Source: Felis catus (Eukaryota). From it: a stretch of DNA of 64,000 nucleotides. The position numbers and the translations under genes were made by a program. The notes below the pieces were generated by a model. That model was not told the origin of the DNA. It worked only from the letters and a program-made list of their open reading frames with translations, and did not search any database. Below, piece after piece: positions 1 through 12,681 of the stretch; the stretch's first letter is position 1; every line of letters begins with the position of its first letter. Location: NCBI RefSeq assembly GCF_018350175.1, contig NC_058368.1:234238001-234302000 (forward strand), read 5' to 3'.

Positions 1-1099
1 ACGTGAAGACAAAACTTCCCTCCCATTTCTTGCGAGGACCAGCACAAGCACCGACAAAACACTCCATATACAAAAAGGATCTTCAATCACATATCAGACT
101 GACGGACAAAAGTGATCTCCAAGAGAATTAGCAGCACGACTAAAATTAAGCTTCTTTCTGCTTGCAGCCGCTCTCTTCAAAATAAGGAGCCTGGTGTTTC
201 ACAAAGGCTGTCTGTGGCCCCCTTCTATTATTACAGCTGAACGCCTTTAGATGTCGTTCTGCACCACTAAAAATAAAACTCACGTGGGACCTAGAAGAAC
301 CATTGCCAAATAATTAGAACCAAACTCAGGGTTTTTTGTATTTTTTTTAAGAGGGCCTATAAAACCATCTATAAATAGAAAGACTTTCCTGTTATTTGTA
401 ATTACTGTATTTTAACGAAAACCACACTCCATTTGGCTGGGATTAGGAGGCTGCCTCCCAGGGCCTGCCGCCCCAAAGCCACGGATTAACACAGGGCCCA
501 CCCTTCCATAGGGAAGCCTGGCTCCAGCCAAAGGAATCCCAGGGTGGGGATGTCACTGTACCTGACATATGTTTGTGGGTTCTCATTCCACATCAGTGAT
601 TCTAAAGCTGCCTACAGCACGTGCATATTTCTAGAAGTCAAATGAGGGCTTAATTCACTCATCGTTACAGTAAATATGATCCCCAGATCGCCTACTCCAT
701 GAGCTGGAGGAGGGAACATCCCTGGTGGCCTCTGGATGGATTCTGTAGCTCGTCCGTTTGCAGTCAGGCTGGTCTGAGAAGGGCTGAGCCAGATCAGCCC
801 CTGAAAGCCTGGGCCTCCTGCTCTGCGCTGCCTCCGAGGAAGAGGGCTCACTCCTGCTTGTGCTGGCCCAGTGAGGACAGGGCTCCCACAATGTCCCTGT
901 CAGGCCCGAGGACATCCATTCTGCTTCTTGCTGCGAAAACTAGCCTCCCTTGTCCCGGCCCCAAACAGTTCTGTCACCTGTTGGGAAGGTATGCCCAGAG
1001 CTTTGCCAAGCCAAACTGACTGCCCCGGGGGACGTGCAGGCTCAGTGTCCCCCGTTTCCTGTCTGCTACCCTGAGAGACCAGGTAACACTCATCGGGCA

Positions 1100-1300
1100 G
1101 CAGAAAGTCATTGCTCTGCTAGTTCCCAGCTCTGTGAGCTCGAGAATGTTCTTCAACCCCTCTCTGCCTCAAGGTCGTCATCTAGAAAATGGGAATGGAA
1201 ATTGCACCAACTCATTGGGTGGTTGTGAGGACGGAGCGAGTTAACTCAGGTAAGGAGCCTAGAATAGCTCCTGGCACACAGTCAGCCCTGTGTAGGTCCT
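1100..1300 (+). mobile_element. MIR (ancient SINE) fragment
   Basis: Decayed MIR core: ...ctctctgcctca...catctagaaaatggga...gtggttgtgaggac...cctggcacacagt. Confidence 0.7.
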
Positions 1301-1836
1301 TAGCTGTGGCGATCATTAAGTATATAAATTAAAACAATGGTGGGTATTGCAAGCCCACTGGACTGGATTGCACACAGACATTATGAATCTGTTCTCCTCA
1401 ATTATGTCCTGTCTGAGAGAAGGATCCATAAACTGTGTAGGCGCACATGTGTGTGTTCCTGTCGGTGCAGAATAAAGGAAAGAACTCGCGAGTGTTGTGA
1501 TTCGCCTTATCGGTTTCCGGGTGGTGATTTTACATGTCTTGTCTCTATCTCGCAAGAAGCAGGTAACAGAGCCATTCTTTCGTCCGTGTAACATAAAACA
1601 AGAAGTCCAAGAAGAACTCAAGAGCAGCCAGGCGTGTTCCTCCTGTCCTCCTGCACTGGGCCACCCTCTGGATGACGAGGACTCACCACAGTTCTCTCCT
1701 GATGGAGGGACCCCACTGTCACATCGGGATGGCTGTCGGCCACCAGCACCTTAGCTCAAAATGATGATTTTGACCAGAGGAACTCTAAAGCCCCATATTG
1801 GCATCTGTATTTTATAGTGCAGAAGAAATGCTGGTC

Positions 1837-1936
1837 AAAGGAGGAAGAGAACAAGGAGAAGAAGAAAGGGAAGAAAAAGACAAGGAGGAGAGGAAGAGAA
1901 GGAGGGGAGAGGAGAAGAAGAAGAAAGAAACAGAAA
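1837..1936 (+). repeat. Polypurine (GAA/GGA-rich) simple repeat
   Basis: About 100 nt composed almost entirely of A and G. Confidence 0.9.
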
Positions 1937-2749
1937 CAACAGTCCGCTAGTCTACGACATTTATGTCAAAGGAACAAATAAGCAGAACTGTGAGAAAACA
2001 GGACCCGGTTATTTAGCAGCGAGTAGAATTTCTTAAGCATCATGGGAATCTTAAGCAAATTCCTTAAAGTTTTGTTTGTCGTCTGCTTAGATGAGAAGCA
2101 AAGCATTTTACGGTCCCATTCGCAGTGCTGACCAATAATTTTATAAAATGCAGAGTTCTACTCAGAATCAGTCAGGGCTCACTCTTCGGTGAAGCAGCTA
2201 CATACAAGGGTCTGCTCTGATCCCTGTCACCTTGCTGTCCTTCCCCCAGGATGATCTGTTGCAGGTACGTGTCCCCTCTCTGGAAAGCCCAGGACCAGCA
2301 CAGTGCCTGGACCCGTCCCCTGAACACAAGCAGGTGCCGCCACTCAGAGCGTGTGGCCTGAACTGGCTCCGCGAGCCTCCCCATCTCCACTGCGACAAGG
2401 TCAGGACCTTTCTCTGCGTTCCTTATGGTTCAGTCATCTGGACTGATGGGGGAAAACATGCCAAATAGTCCCAGAAACACAGGGAGTTCTAGTTCACTTT
2501 TAGCTCCTTTGAGGGTTGCCACCCTCTGGCCTGCTGGTCCGTGGTCCTTGCCTGCCTGGGACGGGCAGCCCCAGTCAGGAGCCCAGGAGCCACACTCAAG
2601 TTCATCTTCATCTGACACAGAAGTCAGTGATAAGAGATAAAAATATTCAATAAAATAGATGAATTTACTTCCCATTTTTGAGAATCCAAAGGCACTTGTT
2701 AGAACAAACTTAAAGGTAAATTAAGCCAAGGATACGATTCAATACAAAA

Positions 2750-3180
2750 GTCAGCAAACAACTCCCGTGGGCCCAATCCAGCCCATCGTCTGTTTTAATA
2801 TGACCAGAGAGCTGAGAATAGCTTACATTTTTAAATGGTTTTAAAAAGTCAAATGTTGGGGTGCCTGGGTGGCTCAGTCGGTTGAGCGTCCGACTTCAGC
2901 TCAGGTCATGATCTCACAGCTTGTGAGTTTGAGCCCCGCGTTGGGCTCTGTGCTGACAGCTCAGAGCCTGGAGCCTGCTTCCGATCCTGTGTCTCCCTCT
3001 CTCTCTGTCCCTAACCCACTTGCATTCTGTGTCTGTCTCTCTCAAAAATAAACATTAAAAAAAATTTTTTTAAGTCCCGTGTTGTTTCATATTTTGTGAC
3101 AAGTAAAATTACATGAAATTGAAATTTCAGTACCCATAAATAAAGCTTTATTGGAACACAGCCACACTATTTATTTAATT
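2750..3180. mobile_element. MER58B-like hAT-Charlie DNA transposon relic interrupted by a Can-SINE
   Basis: gtcagcaaac...gggcccaatccagccc...gctgagaatag...acatttttaaatggtt, resuming after the SINE as tttcagtacccataaataaagctttattggaacacagccac. Confidence 0.65.
2858..3064 (+). mobile_element. Can-SINE (SINEC, tRNA-derived)
   Basis: ggggtgcctgggtggctcagtcggttgag head, (CT)n body, aaaataaa tail. Confidence 0.95.
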
Positions 3181-3184
3181 GTCT

Positions 3185-3430
3185 TTCTTTCTTTTTTTAA
3201 GTTTGTTTATTTATTTAATTTGAGATAGAGGGAGAGAGAGTGTGCAGGCATGCGTGTGGGCGTGCAATCAGGGGAGGGGCAGAGACAGAGGGAGAGAGAA
3301 TCCCAAGCAGGCTCCACACTGTCAGTGCAGAGCCCGATGCAGAGCTCGATCCCACGAACCGTGAGATCATGACCTAAGCTGAAATCAAGAGTCAGATAGA
3401 TGCTTAACCGACAGAGCCACCCAGGTGCCC
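3185..3430 (-). mobile_element. Can-SINE (older subfamily)
   Basis: Reverse-complement head gagccacccaggtgccc at the right, T-rich tail at the left. Confidence 0.9.
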
Positions 3431-5880
3431 ATATGGCTGCTTTTCTTTAAACGTTTTGCTCAGCTCTACTGAGGCATAATTGACAAAATTGCAAGATATT
3501 TAAAGTACACAACGTGATAATTTGATATCCACGCCCATCGTGAAGGGTTCCCCCGCAGAGTGAATTAACACACACGCTACGACAGCAAGGCTGAGGCTGA
3601 GCCCTGATAGAGACCATCTAATGCCAAGCCCTGTACAGAAAAGTCTGCTGCCTCCGATTTCATTGTTTTTTACCTTGGTTCTTAACGTCCCTCTATCCAT
3701 TTTTGCCAACTGATAAAATTTCACAGGCTAAAGAACCGAAGGGTACCCTCCAGAGAAGAGTTTGAGAGTAAGAACACCACAGGGCACTAGTTTCAAAAAA
3801 CAAAGACATTCCGGCAAACTTACGGTCCTCACTCATCTGATTTCTAAGGAAGACTGATTTCCGGTGGAAACCAGAAGGGGAAATGTTAAACTATAAATTT
3901 TTTTGAGGAAACAAAAGATGGCAGCAAAGGACCTTCTTTCCTATGTCTTCATCCGTGTGGCCAGTGTTTCGGGTTTTTAAACTCTTCCATCTTCCGCATA
4001 GACTCATGAAACCTCAGGAAGAAATATGATCAGATGTAAACTTTCTTTAAGAACCATAAAAATGTTCCTTGGATCTGTTACATTTTTTTCAGGCCCAGTG
4101 CTTAGCAGATTGTTTTTATTTACCTCTGCAATTTTATTTATAGACATTGCTCATCTAAAAACAAATCTTTGGCTTTTCCATTTTCAAAACATCCCCTAGA
4201 GGAAACACGTGCAATGAAAACGAGCTGTTTATCTTCTGCTCATTTATACACAAGTATGTAACGTGCACGCGTTTTTACCCAGCGCTCTCCGCGGCGTGCT
4301 GTTGTTATCGCCGTAAACTTTCAGGGGTCTGGACCAAGGGAACGGGGACGTGCTTGTCATCATCCTCCTAGAGTCAGTATGCATTTTGGATTATCTAGCA
4401 ATTGAGGCTGTAAGAGGCTGGCCATTCCCACGGGACCCGAAGGTAGGCGCTCCTACAAGACACAGAAGGGAAAGAGTAATTACCAAATCTAGCCTCACGC
4501 GTTCAGTCACCACCACCAAAGTCAGAGTAATCACTTCCCTGGTGGTAATATGGTGATAGCTCCTCTTGTAGACAAGAATCTTAGGTAGCCCTGGAAAGAT
4601 TCTATCAAATGCAATTGTGTTTGATTATGCTTTAAGGCTTTGACATGATATAGGGCCAACAGCGGACAGTTCTCTCACAAACACCTGCAAGATCGATGTG
4701 TGATCCAAAAGCGATTCATCCTCCTCCTAATGGTCCTTGGAGATGAAACTCAGAAGCAAGCAAGACCCCCTCGGTTCACTCTGGAATCCCTCTCTTTCCC
4801 TGGGCCACCTGGTCTGTTGGGGCACTGACGCTCTAACTCCTCCCCTCCCCTCCTCTCTGCCTCCATGGTTTCTGCTTGTTTACAGAACCCTACCCTGAAA
4901 TCCCTCTCGAGCGTGCCACTGGAAGGAGTAGCCTTCGATTAGATACAAAGTTCAATTAAGCGAACCCTCTCACTGCATAAAGGAGGCCTCGTTGTGTGCC
5001 CAGAGTTGATGAGTGCCAATTTATGACTTTGTGTCATTCACATGAGAGAACTAATTTAAGCTGAAGTGTTAATGGAAGAGAATGAGTTCCCCATCCCCCC
5101 TCCTTCTCTGGGAACATTTCCCACGTAACAAGGGCCTCGGCATCCATCATGGTCAGCAGCCCAGCAAGGACAGAGGGGACAGAGCCCCACAGCTCAGTGT
5201 GTGGGGCGGGTGGGGGGTGGACTGAAGGAGGACGAGCAGAAGAGGCCGCTGAGCCCAGAAGAGCCAGATGGTCTAGAAGAGACGCCCTCCTATGAGAAAG
5301 AGGGAACCACAGACAAGGAAGCACTCACACAACCATGCTGAGCCCCATTGCCAAGGGACAGGGGCAGCGCAGGCACGGTGGACAGCCTGGAGGCAGGGTA
5401 CAGGCATGGCAGCGAGGAGTGCAGGAGCACAGGGCACCCCGGGGAGGGGACAACAGGTGCCCAGGGTCGGGGACTGCTTCCATCTGGAAGGCACGGCCAT
5501 GATGCCCAAGCCCCCAGCGAGAAAAGCTGGAAGAGCTAAGTGGGCTGAGGTCGACGTCCGAGCCGGACAAAACTCACACCACAAAACTGCGTTGGGAAAC
5601 AGACAGAACAGTCTAGACTCCCACCTGGAGCAGTGTTGTTTGTGAGGAATCAGAACAGAAGGAGGAGGAGGAAGCTTATAATTTCAAGTCTCCCTGGGAT
5701 TCCCATTCAAGCCGGGGACACAGGATGCTGAGGGCACAGGCATTCGGGTGCAGTTATTCCAGGATCACAGTTGGCAAGTGAGGTGGGAGCCGTTGGTCTG
5801 CTTCCTGCTCCTGGCAGATCATGTCCAGGGACCAGAAAGCTGGCGAGGCCAGGAGCACGGGGCTCTCTCTGGGCATCCCA

Positions 5881-6113
5881 TTTTATTTTATTTTATTTTA
5901 TTTTATTTTATTTTATTTATTTTATTTTTTCACATTTGTTTATTTATTTCGAGAGAGAGAGAGACAGAGAGTGTGAGCAGAGGAGTGACAGACAGGCTCT
6001 GAGCTGTCAGCACCCAGCCCGACACAGGGCTCGAACCCACGAACCTCCATATCATGCCCTGAGCTGGAGTCAGACGCTTAACCGCTTAACCGACAGAGCC
6101 ACCCAGGCGCCCC
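5881..6113 (-). mobile_element. Can-SINE with (TTTTA)n-expanded tail and internal deletion
   Basis: Head cacccaggcgcccc; flanking duplication tgggcatc. Confidence 0.9.
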
Positions 6114-6250
6114 TGGGCATCACGTTTTAAACACAATAAAAAAACAATTCACAGGAGAGTATTGTATCAAGGGGTCAGACAGATGAGACTCAGCTCTCAT
6201 CACGCTTGCCCCAAATTCCTAGAAATGATTTAAAAAGCCCACATACATTT

Positions 6251-6464
6251 TATTTTTTTTTTAACGTTTTGTTTATTTTTGAGACAGGGAGAGACAGAGC
6301 ATGAACAGGGGAGGGTCAGAGAGAGGGAGACACAGAATCTGAAACAGGCTCCAGGCTCTGAGCTGTCAGCACAGAGCCCGACGTAGGGCTCGAACTCACG
6401 GACCGCGAGATCGTGACCTGAGCCGAAGTCGGACGCTTAACCGACCGAGCCACCCAGGCGCCCC
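6251..6464 (-). mobile_element. Can-SINE (SINEC_Fc-type)
   Basis: Full body; target-site duplication cccacatacatttta on both sides. Confidence 0.95.
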
Positions 6465-7049
6465 CCCACATACATTTTAAAACACAACACGCCCATTAGG
6501 CTTGTGACATGAAAAAGGAACACAGCTTCACCGATGAAGACACTGAGACTTTTAGGCTCTTACATCAGCTCACTTAAATACACTAAGAAAAACATAGTAA
6601 CTTGAGACACTGTACTTTATCATAATGAAACCTAAAATATGTAACATTGTTTAGCAGGTGGATGGCAAGAAAATTGATATTTAAGAGTGGAGGAATATAT
6701 CGATATTATCTTGCGGCACTGTATGTGGTAAGCCCTTGCCTTTTATCGCTTGGAAGGAGGGTCACGTGACAATGTGTCTCACAGTTGTGGAGAAGATGAA
6801 CAGAGAGGTCAGGGGAGCGTCCTGGCTGTAGCTTCTTTGGGAAGGCAATTTTGACAAGGGGATGAGTTCACACATCTGAACGGACTCCAGGGGCCCCCAA
6901 CCTTGCATCGCATGAAAAGAACCACATCGCTGCTTAGGCGAGGCTGACCCAGCTTCCATCAGACTGCTCAGCAACAAGAAATAAAATGTCCTGGTGTTAA
7001 AACACGGGGACTATTTGTTACAGCTGCTAGCATGCATCACCCTCAGGCA

Positions 7050-7980
7050 ATTTTCTAGTACTAGTCACAAGCGGTTAGAAAGTATATGGGGAAAAAGATC
7101 CCAGTCACAATAAAAAGAGAAAAGAAATAACCTAGGGATGCATCTAACAAGAAATATGCAAGCATTATATAAATACCTGTAAAAGTCACAGAATATTTAA
7201 AGAAAAGAGCAGTAAAATATTTTTGCAGAATATTTTAAAAACTGAATAGATAGCTATGACACCAGAATAGACACAGAAATAATGTGAATTCTCCCCCAAA
7301 CTGGTCTACAAATTCAATGCAATCTTGATCAAAATTGCAGCTGCGTTTTATTAGAACCTGATATGCTGATTCTCGTATTCACTTATCAGAGTAAATGAAT
7401 GTGTCACAACAACTAATTAATAACTATAATAAGCTAATGAAGTTCTAACTTAAAATGTATAATTAGGGAAACTAGTCAGGCCAGGTAGCAAACATTCTGC
7501 CTTATTATAGAAATTAAAATAATGTGTTTGTGAAAGAATGAAAAATATATCAATAAAACGGAACAGAACATCTGGAAATATCACTCATGTGACATTTCAA
7601 ATCAGTGCAGAAAAAAATGCTCTCTTTGATACGGTACTAAAATCATTGGCCGGATGATTTTTTTTTAGAAGAAAAATCAAATTAAATACAGATACCATGA
7701 CCAAAACAGAAATTCTAAGCGAAGTAATGAGAAGAAAATATCAGAACAATTTTATAATCTGATGGTGGGGAAGGGTTTTCTGAGCTGGCCATGAAACTCA
7801 GAAGTTATAAAGGAAACACTGACAGGTTGACTACGTGAAAACTTAAAACACACACGTGATCCAAAAACCAAACAAGACGGAAATTGGAAAAACAAGAGAC
7901 CATGTTTGCAATATGTGCGACAGGCTAGAGATTAGTATCTGGGATGCACGTTGGAAATCACTCACCACTCAAGAAGATAA
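7050..7980 (+). mobile_element. Ancient L1M ORF2 relic
   Basis: A-rich + strand with decayed L1 ORF2 motifs (aaataacctagggatgcatctaacaagaaatatgcaa; aattcaatgcaatc). Confidence 0.7.
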
Positions 7981-7992
7981 AAAATGACCCCA

Positions 7993-8241
7993 GGGGTGCC
8001 TGGGTGGCGCAGTCGGTTAAGCGTCCGACTTCAGCCAGGTCACGATCTCGCGGTCCGGGAGTTCGAGCCCCGCGTCGGGCTCTGGGCTGATGGCTCAGAG
8101 CCTGGAGCCTGTTTCCGATTCTGTGTCTCCCTCTCTCTCTGCCCCTCCCCCGTTCATGCTCTGTCTCTCTCTGTCCCAAAAATAAAATAAACGTTGAAAA
8201 AAAAATTTTTTAAAAAAATAAATAAATAAAAAATAAAAAAA
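7993..8241 (+). mobile_element. Young Can-SINE (SINEC_Fc-type)
   Basis: CpG-rich intact body, long A tail, TSD aaaaatgacccca. Confidence 0.97.
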
Positions 8242-8383
8242 AAAAAAATGACCCCAGAGGAAAAGGGGTAAAATTATGAACCAGTGAAAAAGAAGCTCAG
8301 GCCGTGTGTTCTGACATGGAAATATTCTGAAGGTACAGTGATAGCTGAAACAGTCATCAAGGGCTGCAGAATGCTAAGTGCGG

Positions 8384-8583
8384 GGGGCGCCTGGGGGGCT
8401 GACTTGGTTGAGCGTCCGACTTCATTTCAGGTCATGACCTCGTGGTTCATGGGTTCAAGCCCTGCGTCAGGCTCTGTGCTGACAGCTGGGAGCCTGGAGC
8501 CTCCTTCAGATTCCGTGTCTCCCTCTCTCTCTGCCCTTACCCCGCTCATGCTCTGTCTCTCTCTCAAAAAATAAATAAACGTT
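8384..8583 (+). mobile_element. Can-SINE (host of the next copy)
   Basis: Head ggggcgcctggggggctg; its tail is interrupted by a second SINE. Confidence 0.93.
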
Positions 8584-8584
8584 C

Positions 8585-8819
8585 GGGGCGCCTGGGTGGC
8601 GCAGTCGGTTAAGCGTCCGACTTCAGCCAGGTCACGATCTCGCGGTCCGGGAGTTCGAGCCCCGCGTCAGGCTCTGGGCTGATGGCTCAGAGCCTGGAGC
8701 CTGTTTCCGATTCTGTGTCTCCCTCTCTCTCTGACCCTCCCCCATTCATGCTCTGTCTCTCTCTGTCCCAAAAATAAATAAACGTTAAAAAAAATTTTAG
8801 AAAAAAAAAATAAATAAAC
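8585..8819 (+). mobile_element. Young Can-SINE inserted in the tail of the previous SINE
   Basis: Nearly identical to the 7993 and 22264 copies. Confidence 0.97.
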
Positions 8820-8877
8820 AAACGTTAAAAAAAATGAAAAAGAAAATAATGGTGAGTGCAGTATAACTTTGCATTCT

Positions 8878-8908
8878 ATGTGTGTGTGTGTGTGTGTGTG
8901 CGTGCGCA
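8878..8908. repeat. (TG)n microsatellite
   Basis: tgtgtgtg...tgcgtgcgca. Confidence 0.9.
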
Positions 8909-9106
8909 TGTACGTGTGGTGCACGTGCTTAGGTCTGTGAAGGCACAGAAAGGATCTAGAAGGACACAGATAGGATTAGTAGTAGTGACTCCTTCTAGGA
9001 AGAACACTCTCGAATGTTACCAGAAACAGACAATGTCTGTGCTTTATTCTGAAGCCTCTATATTATTTTTTTAATGACATGGACGACTGTTACATATATA
9101 TAAATA

Positions 9107-9319
9107 TATTTTTAATAAATTTTTTTCATGTTTATTTATTTTTGAGAGACAGAGTGTGAGCAAGAGAGGGGCGGAAAGAGAGGGAGACACAGAATCAGAG
9201 GGCTCCAGGCTCCGAGCTGGCAGCCCCAGAGCCCGACACGGGGCTTGAGTCCACAAACCGTGAGATCGTGACCTGAGCCAAAGTCAGACACTTAAGCGAC
9301 AGAGCCACCCAGGCGCCCC
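9107..9319 (-). mobile_element. Can-SINE
   Basis: Reverse-complement head cacccaggcgcccc and T-rich tail. Confidence 0.93.
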
Positions 9320-9720
9320 AAAACTTTGTCGTTTAGAATAGTTTCAGGTTTGCAGCAAAATGAATGACAAGTACTCCCCCTCCCCCATACATGCACAGCC
9401 TCCCCCACTATCAACCTCCCCCCACCAGAGTGGAACATTTGTAACAGCTGATGAACCTGCATGGACACACCGTCATCACCCAAATTACTCGGTTTATGTC
9501 AGGGTTCACTCTTGGTTTTGTGCACTCTATGGGTTTGGACAAATGTCAATGACACATATCCATTGCTAGGACATCACGTAGAGTATCTTCACTGCCCTAA
9601 AATCCTCTGCTCCACTGATTCATCCCTCCCTCTCTCCTCTTGTGACCACTGATCTTTTGACTGTCTCCACAGTTCTGCCTTTTCCACAGTGTCAACAAGG
9701 CTGGAATCATACAGTATGGC
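9320..9720 (-). mobile_element. L1MC-like 3' end relic
   Basis: ccccaccagagtggaacatttgtaacagctgatgaacc...ggttcactcttggttttgtgcactctatgggtttggacaaatg. Confidence 0.7.
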
Positions 9721-12022
9721 GCATAAATGCGTGTTTTAAAGTTTTCAAAAACACAGACGTTGCCTGGAGTTGTGTCTGAGCGTAGAAGTACCGTGGAAAG
9801 CTGGTGAGGCTGGAGAAGGTCAGATGAACCCCAGGAAACACAGGATGGAACCTGAGCTAGTGAGGCCCAGAGCAAGAAGGAAGAGATGTGTCCGTGCCAG
9901 AAAGAAGTTACAGCACAGTCAGACTAGGCCAAACATAACGCTACATTATACGCATAAAATAGAAACAATATGCACAAAGATTTTGAAGTGTAGAGTTAAC
10001 TGGGGAGGAAATGGAATCACTACTAAGTCAAGCTTCATAAAATCCCTGAATGCAAGGAAAACGTGCTATAAAATGATAAAAGATTTGATTAAAAAGGTAG
10101 ACACAGAAAATAAACACAGGATATCCAGTAAATGGAAACTTTGGCATTCCTGCAAAAAGAACGCAGAATAAAAGCAGGTGAAATGTGCTTGACCAACACC
10201 AACACCAAGGTCCATCCCTAGTATGCTCTTAAACTTGACTGGTAAAATTCACTGTCCTTAGAGAGACCTCTAAAAGTGACCACATACTGCACCTGAAGTC
10301 AACCTCCAGATTGTAAACCCAAGCGTAAAAATCTATTAATTTTTTTAAACGTAATTAGCCACCAAGGACTGTCTTGGGATGTTTTGATGATGTGAAACAA
10401 AATGTTGCCAGATCATCTGTAACAAGATAGAGAGAGTGCATCTCTGAAATGCGGCAGCCCTGCTCCCCCCCAGGGACAGGACTGTCAGGACTAGATTTCC
10501 TGGAAGGAGAAAAGTGACAGGGGCTTCTGTGGTGCGACTGTGTACTTCTGGAAGACGGAAGAGTACTAACGGCACACAGTGAGGATGAAGAAAATGGAAG
10601 AGCTCCTGGGGGCCACCGCGTGCCTGCAGGTCCGGCCGGGATACAGCTGGCACACTGCGGGACAACTACAGAGGGAGTTGACAGGAAATTACCATGGGGC
10701 AGGGAATTAATAGGGGCACTGGTTACACGTGATGCAGGACAGAACCCAGAAAACAGCAGCAACAGACAGCAACAGCCATCCCTGGCCAGACAGCCAGTCG
10801 GAAGCCGTGCGTGGGTGAGCCCGTGGGATGGAAAGCCGGAGACACAGCAGGCCTCTCTGACGAAGGTGAGAGTCACAGCAGGGCACAGCTCCTGCTGGAA
10901 ACACTGCCTGAAGAGAGGCAGCAGGGCAACACCCAGGCTTCTTCTTCCAGCCTCTCCTCTATGGGCCGTTGGTCTACCCAAGCCAGGAGGCTGGCAGACC
11001 GGGAGCCTTGGACGATGCGGCAGAGGGGAGGGGAGGAAAGAAGTTGCCCAACAGAGCACAAGACAGAGACAGCAGAGCACGAGAAGGCTGCACTCCTGGA
11101 GGCGAGCCTTCACCCAGGCCTCGCGGACTTTTGAGAAATCCCACAGAGATCCAGGTAGGCTTGGTCTGGTTGGATTTCCCAGGGAAGACAGCGTGCCTTC
11201 ACGCCAGTCTAGGAGTGGCGGGGGCGAGGGCAGGTCAGGGGAAGAAGCAGCTGACACACAGCCGCATCTTCAGTGGTGACCCAGAAAGCCCTGAGAACAC
11301 GGGCACGAACTTGCAGAGATGCTAGGAAGGACTCAGCCAAGGAGTGAGCTACGCCCACCTAAAACCCAGAGACAGTGATGCCCCAAGCCAAGGACAGCTG
11401 TGTCACATATGGGAGCCCCCAAATCAGGGTCTAAAAGGTCTAAAAATTGGAGTAAGCTTATTGGGCAATTACTAATAAAAACGTGGCTGGATTTCCTAAA
11501 GAATGTTTTCATCTCCCTGGGTAAACACTAACATCTTATTATTTCCTGGCTGCCAGACTGGGGTAATAAGGGTGGAGTGTCCAACCTCAATGATTTTCAG
11601 CCTTTCACTGCTCTGATCTCTGAATCATTGTCGTCTTTCAGATGTTACGGTGCGTTTCCCATCACCACGCTGTGTCCCTGGTGCCGTTTGGCTGTGCTGC
11701 TGGCCGGCCGGCCGTGTTATGTTCGTATCACATAGGGTCTGGGCCCCAGGCTGCCACACTGTCAGAGGCCATGCTTGCCCATGTTCCAGGAAGTGCAGGC
11801 TTTTGTCCAGACCCTCACCTTTGGACAGGCCATGCCTGCCTGCAACACCGATCCCACCTGACACACAGGGTCGTAACGGCACGCACCCTCCCATGTAGCT
11901 CAGGCCGTGCGGCCCTGTAGCAGACCCCAAGCCTCCTGGCCACGGAGCCACAGAAAGCGTGCTGTGGGGCACCTTCACATCAAGCAGGGCTGTCTGTGTT
12001 TTGCGTACTGAAACAAGCTTAC

Positions 12023-12217
12023 CTCTGCTGAACGCGATCAGTTTCCCCTTCCTGATGACCAGGCTGAAGTTGGGCTGGCTGGGCATCGGGGAAGTCCAGA
12101 CCCGTGTTTCACCTCAGACCCCTTGATGCTTGCTAGTATTTGAATCTTGCCAATACATCCTGCTTTGTGTTCGCCTGAGTTCTGTGCAGGAAACAGTCAG
12201 AATCCTAACGAGATGTC
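12023..12217 (-). ncRNA. Candidate internal exon of an unannotated minus-strand transcript
   Basis: Minus-strand acceptor gctttttgttttcatctttttag|G and donor GAG|gtaagc; 195 nt; stop codons in all three frames. Confidence 0.35.
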
Positions 12218-12346
12218 CTAAAAAGATGAAAACAAAAAGCTCCAAGTAATACTCCCGGACCTAAAAGATGCGATGTAGACAGTTCATCTCCTCAGTTCAT
12301 AGGTTCTTAGAAACTTTCTGAAGGATTGCTTTACCCCCAAACCGCA

Positions 12347-12571
12347 ATTTTTTAAAATTTTTTTATGTTTCTTTATTTTTGAGAGAGAGACAGAGACAGA
12401 GAGAAACAAGCAGGGGAGGGGCAGAGAGAGAGCGAGACACAGAATCTGAAGCGGGCTCCAGGCTCTGAGCCGTCAGCACAGAGCCCGACGCGGGGCTCGA
12501 ACCTACGAACCACGAGACCATGACCTGAGCCGAAGTTGGACACTCAACCGACTGAGCTCCCCAGGTGCCTC
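12347..12571 (-). mobile_element. Can-SINE
   Basis: Full reverse-complement body. Confidence 0.93.
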
Positions 12572-12630
12572 TCCCCCAAGCCACATTTTTAATGTGTCCC
12601 ACTGACAGGAAGAATCAAGCTTCTTTTGGA

Positions 12631-12634
<4 letters not shown>

Positions 12635-12672
<38 letters not shown>

Positions 12673-12681
12673 GCGCGCGCG
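12635..12681. repeat. (CA)n(CG)n alternating purine-pyrimidine microsatellite
   Basis: acacac...acgcgcgcgcgcg. Confidence 0.95.

Noticed and set aside
7993..8075. tRNA-like A and B boxes
   Set aside because: These are tRNA-derived SINE heads followed by (CT)n and an A tail, not tRNA genes
10355..11279. Overlapping 300-aa (-) and 219-aa (+) ORFs
   Set aside because: No recognisable domain; composition is typical of GC-rich non-coding frames; open on both strands
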